Part shown: piece after piece, positions 26,401 through 40,304 of the stretch
Layout of the letters: each line of letters opens with the position of its first letter
How positions within the stretch are numbered: the first letter of the stretch is position 1
DNA from: the human T2T-CHM13v2.0 reference genome, Homo sapiens
Length of the DNA: 64,000 bases
Reading direction: 5' to 3' (one strand)
NCBI RefSeq assembly: GCF_009914755.1
Contig: NC_060933.1
The notes under the pieces: generated by a model
What the model was told of the DNA's origin: nothing
The model's input: the letters and a program-made list of their open reading frames with translations, nothing else
The model's database searches: none
Program-made: the position numbers and the translations under genes

Positions 26401-26925
26401 TCCATTAAATTCCATTCCATTCCATTCCATTCCATTCCAATCGTGTTGATTCCATTCCTTTCCATTCCATTCGGTTTGAAGGCATTCCATTCCATTCCAT
26501 TCCATTCCATTCCATTCCCCTGCACTCGGGTTGATTCCATTCCATTCCATTCCATTCCATTCCGTTGCATTCCATTCCATTACATTCGGATTGATTCTTT
26601 TCAACTCCCTTTCTCTCCATTACATTCCATTCCATTCGGGTTGTTCCATTCCATTCCATTCCATTCCACTCCATTCCATTGCACTCGGGTTGATTCCATT
26701 CCATTCCTTTCCATTCCATTCCATTCCATTCCGGATGATTCCATTCCATTGCATTCCGTTCCATTACATTCCCTTGCACTCGCGTTGATTCCATTCCATT
26801 CCATTCCATTCCATTCAATTCCATTCCATTACAATTCGTTCCATTCCATTCTATTCCGTACCATTCCATTCCATTCCATACCATTCCATTCCATTCCATT
26901 CCATTCCATTCCATTCCATTCTATT

Positions 26926-29900
26926 CCATTCCATTCCATTACGGATGATTCCATTCCATTGCATTCCATTCCATTCCATTCCCCTATACTCGGATTGATT
27001 CCGTTCCATTCTATTCTAATCCATGCCATTCCACTCGTGTAGATTCCATTCTTTCCATTCCATTCAAGTTGAATCCATTCCATTGCATTCCATTCCATTT
27101 GATTCCATTCGATTGCACTCGGGTTGATTCCATGGCATTGCATTCCATTCAATTCCATTCCATTCCATTCCATTCCGTTCCATTCCATTCCATTCCATTC
27201 TATTCGGATTAATTCCATTCCATTCCATTCCATTCCATTCTATTCCATTCCATTGCAATCGAGTTGAATCCATTGCATTTCATTCCATTCCATTCCATTC
27301 CATTCCATTCCGGAAGATTCCATTCCTTTGCATTCCATTCCATTCCATTCCCCTGCACTCGCGTTGATTCCATTCCATTCCATTCCATTCCATTCCGTTC
27401 CGTTCCATTCCATTCCATTCCATTCCATTCCGTTCCGTTCCATTCCATTCCATTCCATTCTATTCGGGTTAATTCCATTCCATTCCACTCAATTGAAATC
27501 GAGTTGATTCCATTCCATTCCATTCCATTCCATTCCATTCCTTTCCATTCCATTACGGATGATTCCATTCCATTGCATTCCATTCCATTCCATTCCCCTG
27601 TACTCCGGTTTATTCCATTCCCGTCCATTCCAATCCATTCCATTCCACTCGTGTTGATTCAATTCTTTCCATTCCATTCAAGTTGAATCCATTCCATTGC
27701 ATTCCATTCCATTCGATTCCATTCGATTGCGCTCGGGTTGATTCCATTCCATTGCATTCCATTCCATTCCATTCCATTCCATTCCATTCCATTCCGTTCC
27801 ATTCCATTACATTCGGATTGATTCTATTCAATTCCCTTACACTCCATTACATTCCATTCCATTCGGGTAGTTTCCATTCCATTCCATTCTATCCCTCTCC
27901 ATTCCATTGCACTCGGGTTGATTCAATTCCATTGCATTCCATTCCATTCCATTCCATTCCATTCCGTTGCATTCCATTCCATTACATTCGGATTGATTCT
28001 ATTCAACTCCCTTACTCTCCATTCCATTCCATTCCATTCGCGTTGTTCCATTCCATTCCATTCCATTCCACTCCATTCCATTGCACTCGGGTTGATTCCA
28101 TTCCATTCCATTCCATTCCATTCCATTCCATTCCGGATGATTCCATTCCATTGCATTCCGTTCCATTACATTCCCCTGCCCTCGCGTTGATTCCATTCCA
28201 TTCCATTCCATTCCATTCAATTCCATTCCATTACAATTCGTTCCATTCCATTCTATTCCGTACCATTCCATTCCATTCCATACCATTCCATTCCATTCCA
28301 TTCCATTCCGTTCCATTCCGTTCCATTCAATTCCATTCCATTCCATTCCATTCCATTCCATTCTATTCCATTCCATTGCAATCGAGTTGAATCCATTGCA
28401 TTTCATTCCATTCCATTCCATTCCATTCCATTCCATTCCATTCCGGAAGATTCCATTCCATTGCATTCCATTCCATTCCATTCCCCTGCACTCGCGTTGA
28501 TTCCATTCCATTCCATTCCATTCCATTCCGTTCCGTTCCGTTCCATTCCATTCCATTCCATTCCATTCCGTTCCGTTCCATTCCATTGCATTCTATTCTA
28601 TTCGGGTTAATTCCATTCCATTCCATTCGATTGCAATCGAGTTGATTCCATTCCATTCCATTCCATTCCATTCCATTCCATTCCTTTCCATTCCATTACG
28701 GATGATTCCATTCCATTGCGTTCCATACCATTCCATTCCCCTATACTCGGGTTGATTCCATTCCATTCCATTCCAATCCATGCCATTCCACTCGTGGTGA
28801 TTCCATTCTTTCAATTCCATTCAAGTTGAATCCATTCCATTGCATTCCATTCCATTCGATTCCATTCGATTGCACTCGGGTTGATTCCATTCCATTGCAT
28901 TCCATTCCATTCCGTTCAATTCCATTTCATTACATTCAGATTGATTCTATTCAATTCTCTTACACTCCATTATATTCCAATCCATTCTGGTTGTCTCCAT
29001 TCCATTCCATTCCATTTCACTCCATTCCATTGCACTCGGGTTGATTCCATTCCATTCCATTCCATTGCATTCTATTCCATTCCATTCCGGATGATTCCAT
29101 TCCATTGCATTCCATTCCATTCCATTCCCCTGCACTCGGGTTGATTCCATTCCATTCCATTACATTACATTCCGTTCCATTCCATTCCATTGCATTCGGA
29201 TTGATTCTATTCAATTCCCTTACACTCCATTCCATTCCATTCCATTCGGGTAGTTTCCATTCCATTCCATTCCATTCCTCTCCATTCCATTGCACTCGGG
29301 TTGATTCCATTCCATTCCATTCCATTCCATTCCATTACATTAAATTCCATTCCATTCCGTTCCATTGTACTCGGGTTGATTCCATTCCATTGCATTCCAT
29401 TCCATTCCATTCCATTCCATTCCATTCCATTCCATTCCGTTCCATTCCATTACATTCGAATTGATTCTATTCAACTCCCTTACTCTCCATTACATTACAT
29501 TCCATTCGGGTTGTTCCATTCCATTCCATACCATTCCACTCCATTCCATTGCGCTCGGGTTGATTTCATTCCATTCCATTCCACTCCATTCCAGTCCTTT
29601 CCATTCCATTCCACTCGGGTTGATTCCAATGTATTCCTTTCCATTCCATTCCATTGCATTGCAATCAAGTTGATTCCATTGCTTTGCATTCCATTCCATT
29701 CCATTCCATTCCGGATGATTCCATTCCATTGCATTCCATTCCATTCCATTCCCCTGCACTCGGGTTGATTCCATTCCATTCCACTCCATTCCGTTCCATT
29801 CCATTCCATTCCATTGTATTCGGGTTAATTCCATTCCATTCCATTCCATTCCATTCCATTCCATTCCATTACTATCGAGTTGATTCCATTCCATTCCATT

Positions 29901-32900
29901 CCATTCCAGTCCTTTCCATTCCATTCCACTCGGGTTGATTCCATTCTATTAGTTTCCATTCCATTCCATTCCCTTCCATTCCACTCTGGTTGATTCCATT
30001 CCTTTAAATTCCACTCGAATACATTCCCTCCTATTCCACTCGCAACGATTCCATTCCATTCCATTCCATTCCATTCCATTCCATTCCATTCCATTCCATT
30101 GCATTCCATTCCATTCCATTCCATTCCATTCCGTTCCCTTCCATTCCATTCTATTACATTCGGATTGATTCTATTCAATTCCCTTACACTCCATTACATT
30201 CCATTCCATTCGTGTAGTTTCCATTCCATTCCATTCCATTCCTTTCCATTCCATTGCACTCGGGTTGATTCCATTCCATTCCATTCCATTCCATTCCATT
30301 CCATTCCATTCCATTCCATTTCATTCCGGATGATTCCATTCCATTGAATTCCATTCCATTCCATTCCCCTCCACTTGGGTTGATTCCATTCCATTCCATT
30401 CCATTCCTTTCCGTTCCATTCCATTCCATTCCATTCCATTCCATTCCATTGTATTCGTGTTAATTCCATTCCATTCTATTCCATTCCATTCCATTGAAAT
30501 CGAGTTGATTCCATTCCATTCCATTCCATTTCCATTCCATTCCGGATGATTCCATTCAATTGCATTCCATTCCATTCCATTCCCCTGCACTCGGGTTGAA
30601 TCCATTCCATTCCATTCCATTACATTCCGTTCCATTCCATTGCATTCCATTCTATTCGGGTTAATTCCATTCCATTCCATTCCACTCCATTCCAGTCCTT
30701 TGCATTCCATTCCACTAGGGTTGATTCCATTCTATTCCTTTCCATTCCATTCCATTCCATTGCAATCGAGTTGATTCCATTCGAGTTGAATCCATTCCAT
30801 TCCATTCCATTACATTACATTGCACACGGGTTCATTCCATTCCATTCCATTCCATTCCATTCCATTCCATTCCATTCCATTCCATTCCATTTCATTCCGT
30901 TCCATTCTATTCCGTACCATTCCATTCCATCCCATTCCATTCCATTCCATTCCATTCCATTCCATGCCATTACACTCAGGTTGATTCCATTCCTTTCCAT
31001 TCCATTCTTGTTGAATCCATTCCATTCCATTCCATTCCATTCGAATCCTTTCCATTGCACTCGGGTTGATTCCATTCCATTCCGTTCCATTCCATTTCAT
31101 TCCATTCCATTCCATTACATTCGGATTGATTCTATTCAGTTCCCTTACACTCCATTACATTCCATTCCATTCGGGATGTTTCCATTCCATTCCATTCCAT
31201 TCCACTCCATTCCATTGCATCGGGTTGATTGCATTCCATTCCATTCCATTCCATTCTGGATGATTCCATTCCATTGCATTCCATTCCATTCCATTCCCCT
31301 GCACTCGGGTTGATTACATTCCATACCATTCCCTTCCATTCCTTTCCATTCCATTCCATTCCATTGCAATCGAGTTGATTCCATTCCATTCCATTCCATT
31401 CCATTCCATTCCATTCCATTCCGGATGATTGCATTCCATTGCTTTCCATTCCATTCCATTCCCCTGCACTCGGGTTGATTCCATTCCATTTCATTCCATT
31501 ACATTCCGTTCCATTCCATTCCATTCCATTCTATTCTGGTTAATTCCATTCCATTCCATTCTGGTTAATTCCATTCCATTCCATTGCAATCCAGTTGATT
31601 CCATTCCATTCCATTCCATTCCATTCCATTGCATTCCAATCGATTTGATTCCATTCCATTCCATTCCATTCCACTCCATTCCAGTCCTTTCCATTCCATT
31701 CATCTCGGGTTGATTCCATTCTATTCCTTTCCATTCCATTCCATTCCATTGCACTCAGGTTGATTCCTTTCGAGTTGAATCCATTCCATACCATTCTATT
31801 CCATTACATTGCACACGGGCTCATTCCATTCCATTCCATTCCATTCCATTCCATTTCATTCCATTCCATTCTATTCCGTACCATTCCATTCCATCCCATT
31901 CCATTCCATTCCATTCCATGCCATTACACTCGGGTTGATTCCATTCCTTTCCATTCCATTCTTGTTGAATCCATTCCATTCCATTCCATTCCATTCGAAT
32001 CCATTCCATTGCACTCGGGTTGATTCCATTCCATTCCATTCCATTCCATTTCATTCCATTCCATTACATTACATTCCGATTCATTCTATTCAATTCCCTT
32101 ACACTCCATTACATTCCATTCCATTCGGGATGTTTCCATTCCATTCCATTCCATTCCACTCCATTCCATTGCATCGGGTTGATTCCATTCCATTCCATTC
32201 CATTCCATTCCATTCCATTCCGGATGATTCCATTCGATTGCATTCCTTTGCATTCCATTCCCCTGCACTCGGGTTGATTACATTCCATTTCCTTCCCTTC
32301 CATTCGTTTCCATTCCATTCCATTCCATTCTATTCGGGTGAATTCCATTCCATTCCATTCCATTCCATTCCATTCCATTCCATTGCAATCGAGTTGATTC
32401 CATTCCATTCCATTCCATTCCATTCCATTCCATTCCATTCCATTGCAGTCGAGTTGATTCCATTCCATTCCATTCCATTCCATTCCACTCGTGTTGATTC
32501 CATTCCTTTCCATTCCATTCGGTTTGAAGCCATTCCATTCCATTTAATTCCATTCCATTCCATTCCATTCCATTCCATTCCATTCCATTGTACTCGGGTT
32601 GATTCCATTCCATTTCATTCCATTCCATTCCATTCAATTCCATTCCGTTCCATTCCATTCCATCACTTTCGGATTGATTCTATTCAACTCCCTTACTCTC
32701 AATTACATTCCATTCCATTCGGATTGATTCTATTCAACTCCCTGACTCTCCATTACATTCCATACCATTCGGGTTGTTCCATTCCATTCCATTCCATTCC
32801 ACTCCATTCCATTGCACTCGGGTTGATTCCATTCCACTCCATTCCATTCCATTCTATTCCGGATGATTCCATTCCATTGCATTCCCTTCTATTACATTCC

Positions 32901-35900
32901 CCTGCACTCGCGTTGATTCCATTCCATTCCATTCCATTCCATTCGATTCCATTCCATTCCAATTCGTTCCATTCCGTTCTATTCCGTACCATTCCATTCC
33001 ATTCCATACCATTCCATTCCATTCCATTCCATTCCATTCCGTTCCATTCCATTCCATTCCATTCTATTAGGGTTAATTCCATTCCATTCCATTCCATTCC
33101 ATTCCATTCTATTCCATTCCATTGCAATCGAGTTGAATCCATTGCATTCCATTCCATTCCATTCCATTCTATTCAGGTTAATTCCATTCCATTCCATTCC
33201 ATTCGATTGCAATCGAGTTCATTCCATTGCATTCCATTCCTTTCCATTCCATTACTGATGATTCCATTCCATTGCATTCCATTCCATTCCATTCTCCTGT
33301 ACTCGGGTTGATTCCATTCCATTCCATTCCAATCCATGCCATTCCACTCGTGTTGATTCCTTTCTTTCCATTCCATTCAAGTTGAATCCATTCCATTGCG
33401 TTCCATTCAATTCGATTCCATTCGATTGCACTCGGGTTCATTCCATTCCGTTGCATTCCATTCCATTCCATTCCATTCCATTCCGTTCCATTCCATTCCA
33501 CTACATTCGGATTGATTCTTTTCAATTCCCTTACACTATATTACATTCCATTCCATTCGGGTAGTTTCCATTCCATTCCATTCCATTCCACTCCATTCCA
33601 CTGCACTCGGGTTGATTCCATTCCATTCCATTCCATTCCATTCCATTGTACTCGGGTTGATTCCATTCCATTGCATTCCATTCCATTCCATTCCATACCA
33701 TTCCATTCCATTCCGTTCCATTCCATTACATTCGGATTTATTCTATACAACTCCCTTACTCTCCATTACATTCCATTCCATTCGGGTTGTTCCATTCCAT
33801 TCCATTCCATTCCACTCCATTCCATTGCACTCGGGTTGATTCCATTCCATTCCATTCCATTCCATTTAATTCCATTCCATTCCGGATGATTCCATTCCAT
33901 TGCATTCTGTTCCATTACATTCCCCTGCACTCGGGTTCATTCCATTCCATTCCATTCCCTTGCATTCGATTCTATTCCATTCCAATTCTTTCCATTCCAT
34001 TCTATTCCGTACCATTCCATTCCATTCCATACAATTCCATTCCATTCCATTCCATTCCATTCCATTCCATTCCGTTCCGTTCCGTTCCGTACCGTTCCGT
34101 TCCATTCCATTCCATTCCATTCTATTCGGGTTAATTCCATTCCATTCCATTCCATTCCATTCTATTCCATTCCATTGCAATCGAGTTGAATCCATTCCAT
34201 TCCATTCCATTCCATTCCATTCCATTCCATTCCATTCCGGAAGATTCCATTCCATTGCATTCCATTCCATTCCATTCCCCTGCACTCGCATTTATTCCTT
34301 TCAATTCCATTTCATTCCATTCCATTTCATTCCGTTCCTCTCCATTCCATTGCATTCCATTCCATTCCATTCCATTCCATTCCGTTCCGTTCCGTTCCAT
34401 TCCATTCCATTCCATTCTATTCGGGTTAATTCCATTCCATTCCATTCGATTGCAATCGAATTGATTCCATTCCATTCCATTCCATTCCATTCCATTCCAT
34501 TCCTTTCCATTCCATTATGGATGATTCCATTCCATTGCATTCCATTTCATTCCATTCCCCTGTACTCGGGTTGATTCCATTGCATTCCATTCCATTCCAT
34601 GCCATTCCACTCGTGTTGATTCCATTCTTTCCATTCCATTCAAGATGAATCCATTCCATTGCATTCCATTCCATTCAATTCCATTTGATTGCACTCGGGT
34701 TGATTCCATTCAATTGCATTCCATTCCATTCCATTCCATTCCATTCCATTCCATTCCATTCCGTTCCATTCCATTCCATTACATTCGGATTGATTCTATT
34801 CAATTCCCTTACACTCCATTACATTCCATTCCATTCGCGATGTTTCCATTCCATTCCATTCCATTCCACTCCATTCCATTGCATCGGGTTCATTGCATTA
34901 CATTCCATTCCATTCCATTCCATTCCGGATGATTCCATTCCATTGCATTCCATTCCATTCCGTTCCCCTGCACTCGGGTTGATTACATTCCATTTCCTTC
35001 CCTTCCATTCCTTTCCATTCCATTCCATTCCATTCTATTCGGGTGAATTCCATTCCATTCCATTCCATTCCATTCCATTCCATTCCATTCCATTGCAATC
35101 GAGTTGATTGCATTCCATTCCATTCCATTCCGTTCCGGATGATTCCATTCCATTGCATTCCATTCCATTCCATTCCCCTGCAGTCGGGTTGATTCCATTC
35201 CATTCTATTCCATTCCATTCCATTCCATTCCATTCCGTTCCATTCCATTCCATTCTATTCGGGTTAATTCCATTCCATTCCATTCCATTCCATTCCAATC
35301 GAGTTGATTCCATTCCATTCCATTCCGTTCCATTCCACTCCATTCCAGTCCTTTCCATTCCATTCCACTCGGGTTGATTCCATTCTATTCCTTTCCATTC
35401 CATTCCATTACATTGTAATCGAGTTGATTCCATTGATTTGCATTCCATTCCATTCCATTCCATTCCGGATGATTCCATTCCATTGCATTCCATTCCATTC
35501 CATTCCCCTGCCCTCGGGTTGATTCCATTCTATTCCACTCCATTCCTTTCCATTCCATTCCATTCCATTGTATTCGGGTTAATTCCATTCCGTTCCATTC
35601 CATTCCATTCCATTCAATTACAATCGAGTTGATTCCATTCCATTCCATTCCATTCCTTTCCATTCCATTCCACTCGGGTTGATTCCATTCTATTAGTTTC
35701 CATTCCATTCCATTCCCTTCCATTCCACTCTGGTTGATTCCATTCCTTTCCATTCCACTCGAATACATTCCCTCCTATTCCACTCGGAATGATTCCATTC
35801 CATTCCATTCCATTCCATTCCATTCCATTCCATTTCGTTCCATTCCATTCTATTCCGTACCATTCCATTCCATTCCATTCCATTCCATTCCATTCCACTC

Positions 35901-38900
35901 GTGTTGATTCCATTCCTTTCCATTCCATTCGGTTTGAAGCCATTCCATTCCATTCAATTCCATTCCATTCCATTCCATTCCATTCCATTTCATTCCATTG
36001 TAATCGGGTTGATTCCATTCCATTGCATTCCCTTCCATTCCATTCAAATCCATTCCGTTGCATTCCATTCCATTACATTTGGATTGATTCTATTCAACTC
36101 CCTTACTCTCAATTACATTCCATTCCATTCGGATTGATTCTATTCAACTCCCTTACTCTCCATTACATTCCATTCCATTCGGGTTGTTCCATTCCATTCC
36201 ATTCCATTCCACTCCATTCCATTGCACTCGGGTTGATTCCATTCCACTCCATTCCATTCCATTCTATTCCGGATGATTCCATTCCACTGCATTCCGTTCT
36301 ATTACATTCCCCTGCACTAGCGTTGATTCCATTCCATTCCATTCCATTCCATTCGATTCCATTCCATTCCAATTCGTTCCATTCCATTCTATTCCGTACC
36401 ATTCCATTCCATTCCATACCATTCCATTCCATTCCATTCCATTCCGTTCCGTTCCATTCCGTTCCATTCCATTCCATTCCATTCTATTAGGGTTAATTCC
36501 ATTCCATTCCATTCCATTCCATTCTATTCCATTCCATTGCAATCGAGTTGAATCCATTGCATTCCATTCCATTCCATTCCATTCCATTCCGGAAGACTCC
36601 ATCCCATTGCATTCCATTCCATTCCATTCCCCTGCACTCGCGTTGATTCCATTCCATTCCATTCCATTCCATTCCATTCCATTCCATTCCATTCCATTCC
36701 GATCCGTTCCATTCCATTCCATTCCATTCCATTCCATTCCATTCCGTTCCGTTCCATTCCATTCCATTCCATTCCATTCCATTCCATTCTATTCGGGTTA
36801 ATTCCATTCCATTCCATTCGTTTACAATCGAGTTGATTCCATTCCATTCCATTCCATTCCATTCCATTCCATTCCATTCCATTCCATTCCTTTCAATTCC
36901 ATTACGGATGATTCCATTCCATTGCATTCCATTCCATTCCATTCCCCTATACTCGGGTTGATTCCATTCCATTCCATTCCAATCCATGCCATTCCACTCG
37001 TGTTGATTCCATTCTTTCCATTCCATTCAAGTTGAATCCATTCCATTGCATTCCATTCCATTCCATTGCACTCAGGTTGATTCCATTCCATTGCATTCCA
37101 TTCCTTTCCATTCCATTCCATTCCATTCCGTTCCATTCCATTTCATTACTTTCAGATTGATTCTATTCAATTCCCTTACACTCCATTATATTCCAATCCA
37201 TTCTGGTTGTCTCCATTCCATTCCATTCCATTTCACTCCATTCCATTGCACTCGGGTTGATTCCATTCCATTAAATTCCATTGCATTCCATTCCATTCCA
37301 TTCCGGATGATTCCATTCCATTGCATTCCATTCCATTCCATTCCCCTGCACTCGGGTTGATTCCATTCCATTCCATTCCATTACATTCCGTTCCATTCCA
37401 TTCCATTCCATTCGGATTGATTCTATTCAATTCCCTTACACTCCATTACATTCCATTGCATTCGGGTAGTTTCCATTCCATTCCATTCCATTCCATTCCT
37501 CTCCATTCCATTGCACTCGGGTTGATTCCATTCCATTGCATTCCATTCCATTCCATTCAATTCCATTCCATTATGTTCCATTCCATTTCATTACATTCAG
37601 ATTGATTCTATTCAATTCCCTTACACTCCATTATATTCCAATCCATTCTGGTTGTTTCCATTCCATTCCATTCCATTTCATTCCATTCCATTGCACTCGG
37701 GTTGATTCCATTCCATTCCATTCCATTGCATTCCATTCCATTCCATTCCGGATGATTCCATTCCATTGCATTCCATTCCATTCCATTCCCCTGCACTCGG
37801 GTTGATTCCATTCCACTCCATTACATTACATTCCGTTCCATTCCATTCCATTCCATTCGGATTGATTCTATTCAATTCCCTTACACTCCATTACATTCCA
37901 TTCCATTCGGGTAGTTTCCATTCCATTCCATTCCATTCCTCTCCATTCCATTGCACTCGGGTTGATTCCATTCCATTGCATTCCATTCCATTCCATTCAA
38001 TTCCATTCCGTTCCATTCCATTCCATTACATTCGGATTGATTCTATTCAACTCCCTTACTCTCCATTACATTCCATTCCATTCGGGTTGTCCTATTCCAT
38101 TCCATTCCATTCCACTCCATTCCATTGCACTCGGGTTGATTCCATTCCATTCCATTAAATTCCATTCCATTCCATTCCATTCCCTTCCATTCCATTCCGG
38201 AAGATTACATTCCATTGCATTCCATTCCATTCCATGCCCCTGCACTCGCGTTGATTCCATTCCATTCCATTCTATTCCATTCCATTCCCTTCCTTTCCGT
38301 TCCATTCCATTCCATTCCATTCCATTACATTCCGTTCCACTCCATTTCATTCCATTCGGATTGATTCTATTCAATTCCCTTACATTCCATTACATTCCGT
38401 TCCATTCGGGTAGTTTCCATTCCATTCCATTCCATTCCATTCCTCTCCATTCCATTGCACTCGGGTTGATTCCATTCCATTCCATTCCATTCCATTCCAT
38501 TCCATTCCATTACATTACATTCCATTCCGTTCCATTGTACTCGGGTTGATTCCATTCCACTGCATTCCATTCCATTCCATTCCATTCCATTCCATTCCAT
38601 TCCATTCCGTTCCATTCCATTACATTCGAATTGATTCTATTCAACTCCCTTACTCTCCATTACATTCCATTCCATTCGGGTTGTTCCATTCCATTCCATT
38701 CTATTCCACTCCATTCCATTGCACTCGGGTTGATTCCATTCCATTCCATTCCATTCCATTCCATTCTGGAAGATTCCATTCCATTGCATTCCATTGCATT
38801 CCATTCCATTCCATTCCCCTGCACTCGTGTTGATTCCATTCCATTCCATTCTATTCCATTCCATTCCCTTCCTTTCCGTTCCATTCCATTCCATTCCATT

Positions 38901-40304
38901 CCATTCCATTCCGTTCCGTTCCATTCCATTCAATTCCATTCTATTCGGGTGAATTCCATTCCATTCCATTCGATTGCAATAGAGTTGATTCCATTCCATT
39001 CCATTCCATTCCCTTCTATTCGGGTTAATTCCATTCCATTCCATTCCATTCCATTCCAATCGAGTTGATTCCATTCCATTCCATTCCATTCCATTCCACT
39101 CCATTCCAGTCCTTTCCATTCCATTCCACTCAGGTTGATTCCAATGTATTCCTTTCCATTCCATTCCATTCCATTGCAATCGAGTTGATTCCATTGCTTT
39201 GCATTCCATTCCATTCCATTCCATTCCGGATGATTCCATTCCATTGCATTCCATTCCATTCCATTCTCCTGCACTCGGGTTGATTCCATTCCATTCCACT
39301 CCATTCCGTTCCATTCCATTCCATTCCATTGTATTCGGGTTAATTCCATTCCATTCCATTCCATTCCATTCCATTCCATTCCATTCCATTACAATCGAGT
39401 TGATTGCATTCCATTCCATTCCATTCCAGTCCTTTCCATTCCATTCCACTCGGGTTCATTCCATTCTATTAGTTTCCATTCCATTCCATTCCCTTCCATT
39501 CCACTCTGGTTGATACCATTCCTTTCCATTCCACTCGAATACATTCCCTCCTATTCCACTCGGAACGATTCCATTCCATTCCATTCCATTCCATTACATT
39601 CCATTCCATTCCATTCCATTCCATTTCGTTCCATTCCATTCTATTCCGTATCATTCCATTCCATTCCATTCCATTCAATTGTACTCGGGTTGATTCCATT
39701 CCATTGCATTCCATTCCATTCCTTTCCATTCCGTTGCATTCCATTCCATTGCATTCGGATTGATTCTATTCAACTCCCTTACTCTCCATTACATTCCATT
39801 CCATTCGGGTTGTTCCATTCCATTCCATTCCATTCCACTCCATTCCATTGCACTCGGGTTGATTCCATTCCATTCCACTCCATTCCATTCCATTCCATTC
39901 CGGATGATTCCATTCCATTGCATTCCGTTCCATTACATTCCCCTGCACTCGCGTTGATTCCATTCCATTCCATTCCATTCCATTCAATTCCATTCCATTA
40001 CAGTTTGTTCCATTCCATTCTATTCCGTACCATTCCATTCCATTCCATACCATTCCATTCCATTCCATTCCATTCCGTTCCATTCCGTTCCATTCCATTC
40101 CATTCCATTCTATTCGGATTAATTCCATTCCATTCCATTCCATTCCATTCTATTCCATTCCATTGCAATCGAGTTGAATCCATTGCATTTCATTCCATTC
40201 CATTCCATTCCATTCCATTCCGGAAGATTCCATTCCATTGCATTCCATTCCATTCCATTCCCCTGCACTCGCGTTGATTCCATTCCATTCCATTCCATTC
40301 CATT
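26926..40304 (+). repeat. Recent large duplication, copy B
   Basis: Position 16 (acggatg) aligns with 26941; identity continues to ccctgcactcgcgttg at 13336/40261 and first fails at C13380 vs G40305, after which the variant patterns differ. Confidence 0.96.
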
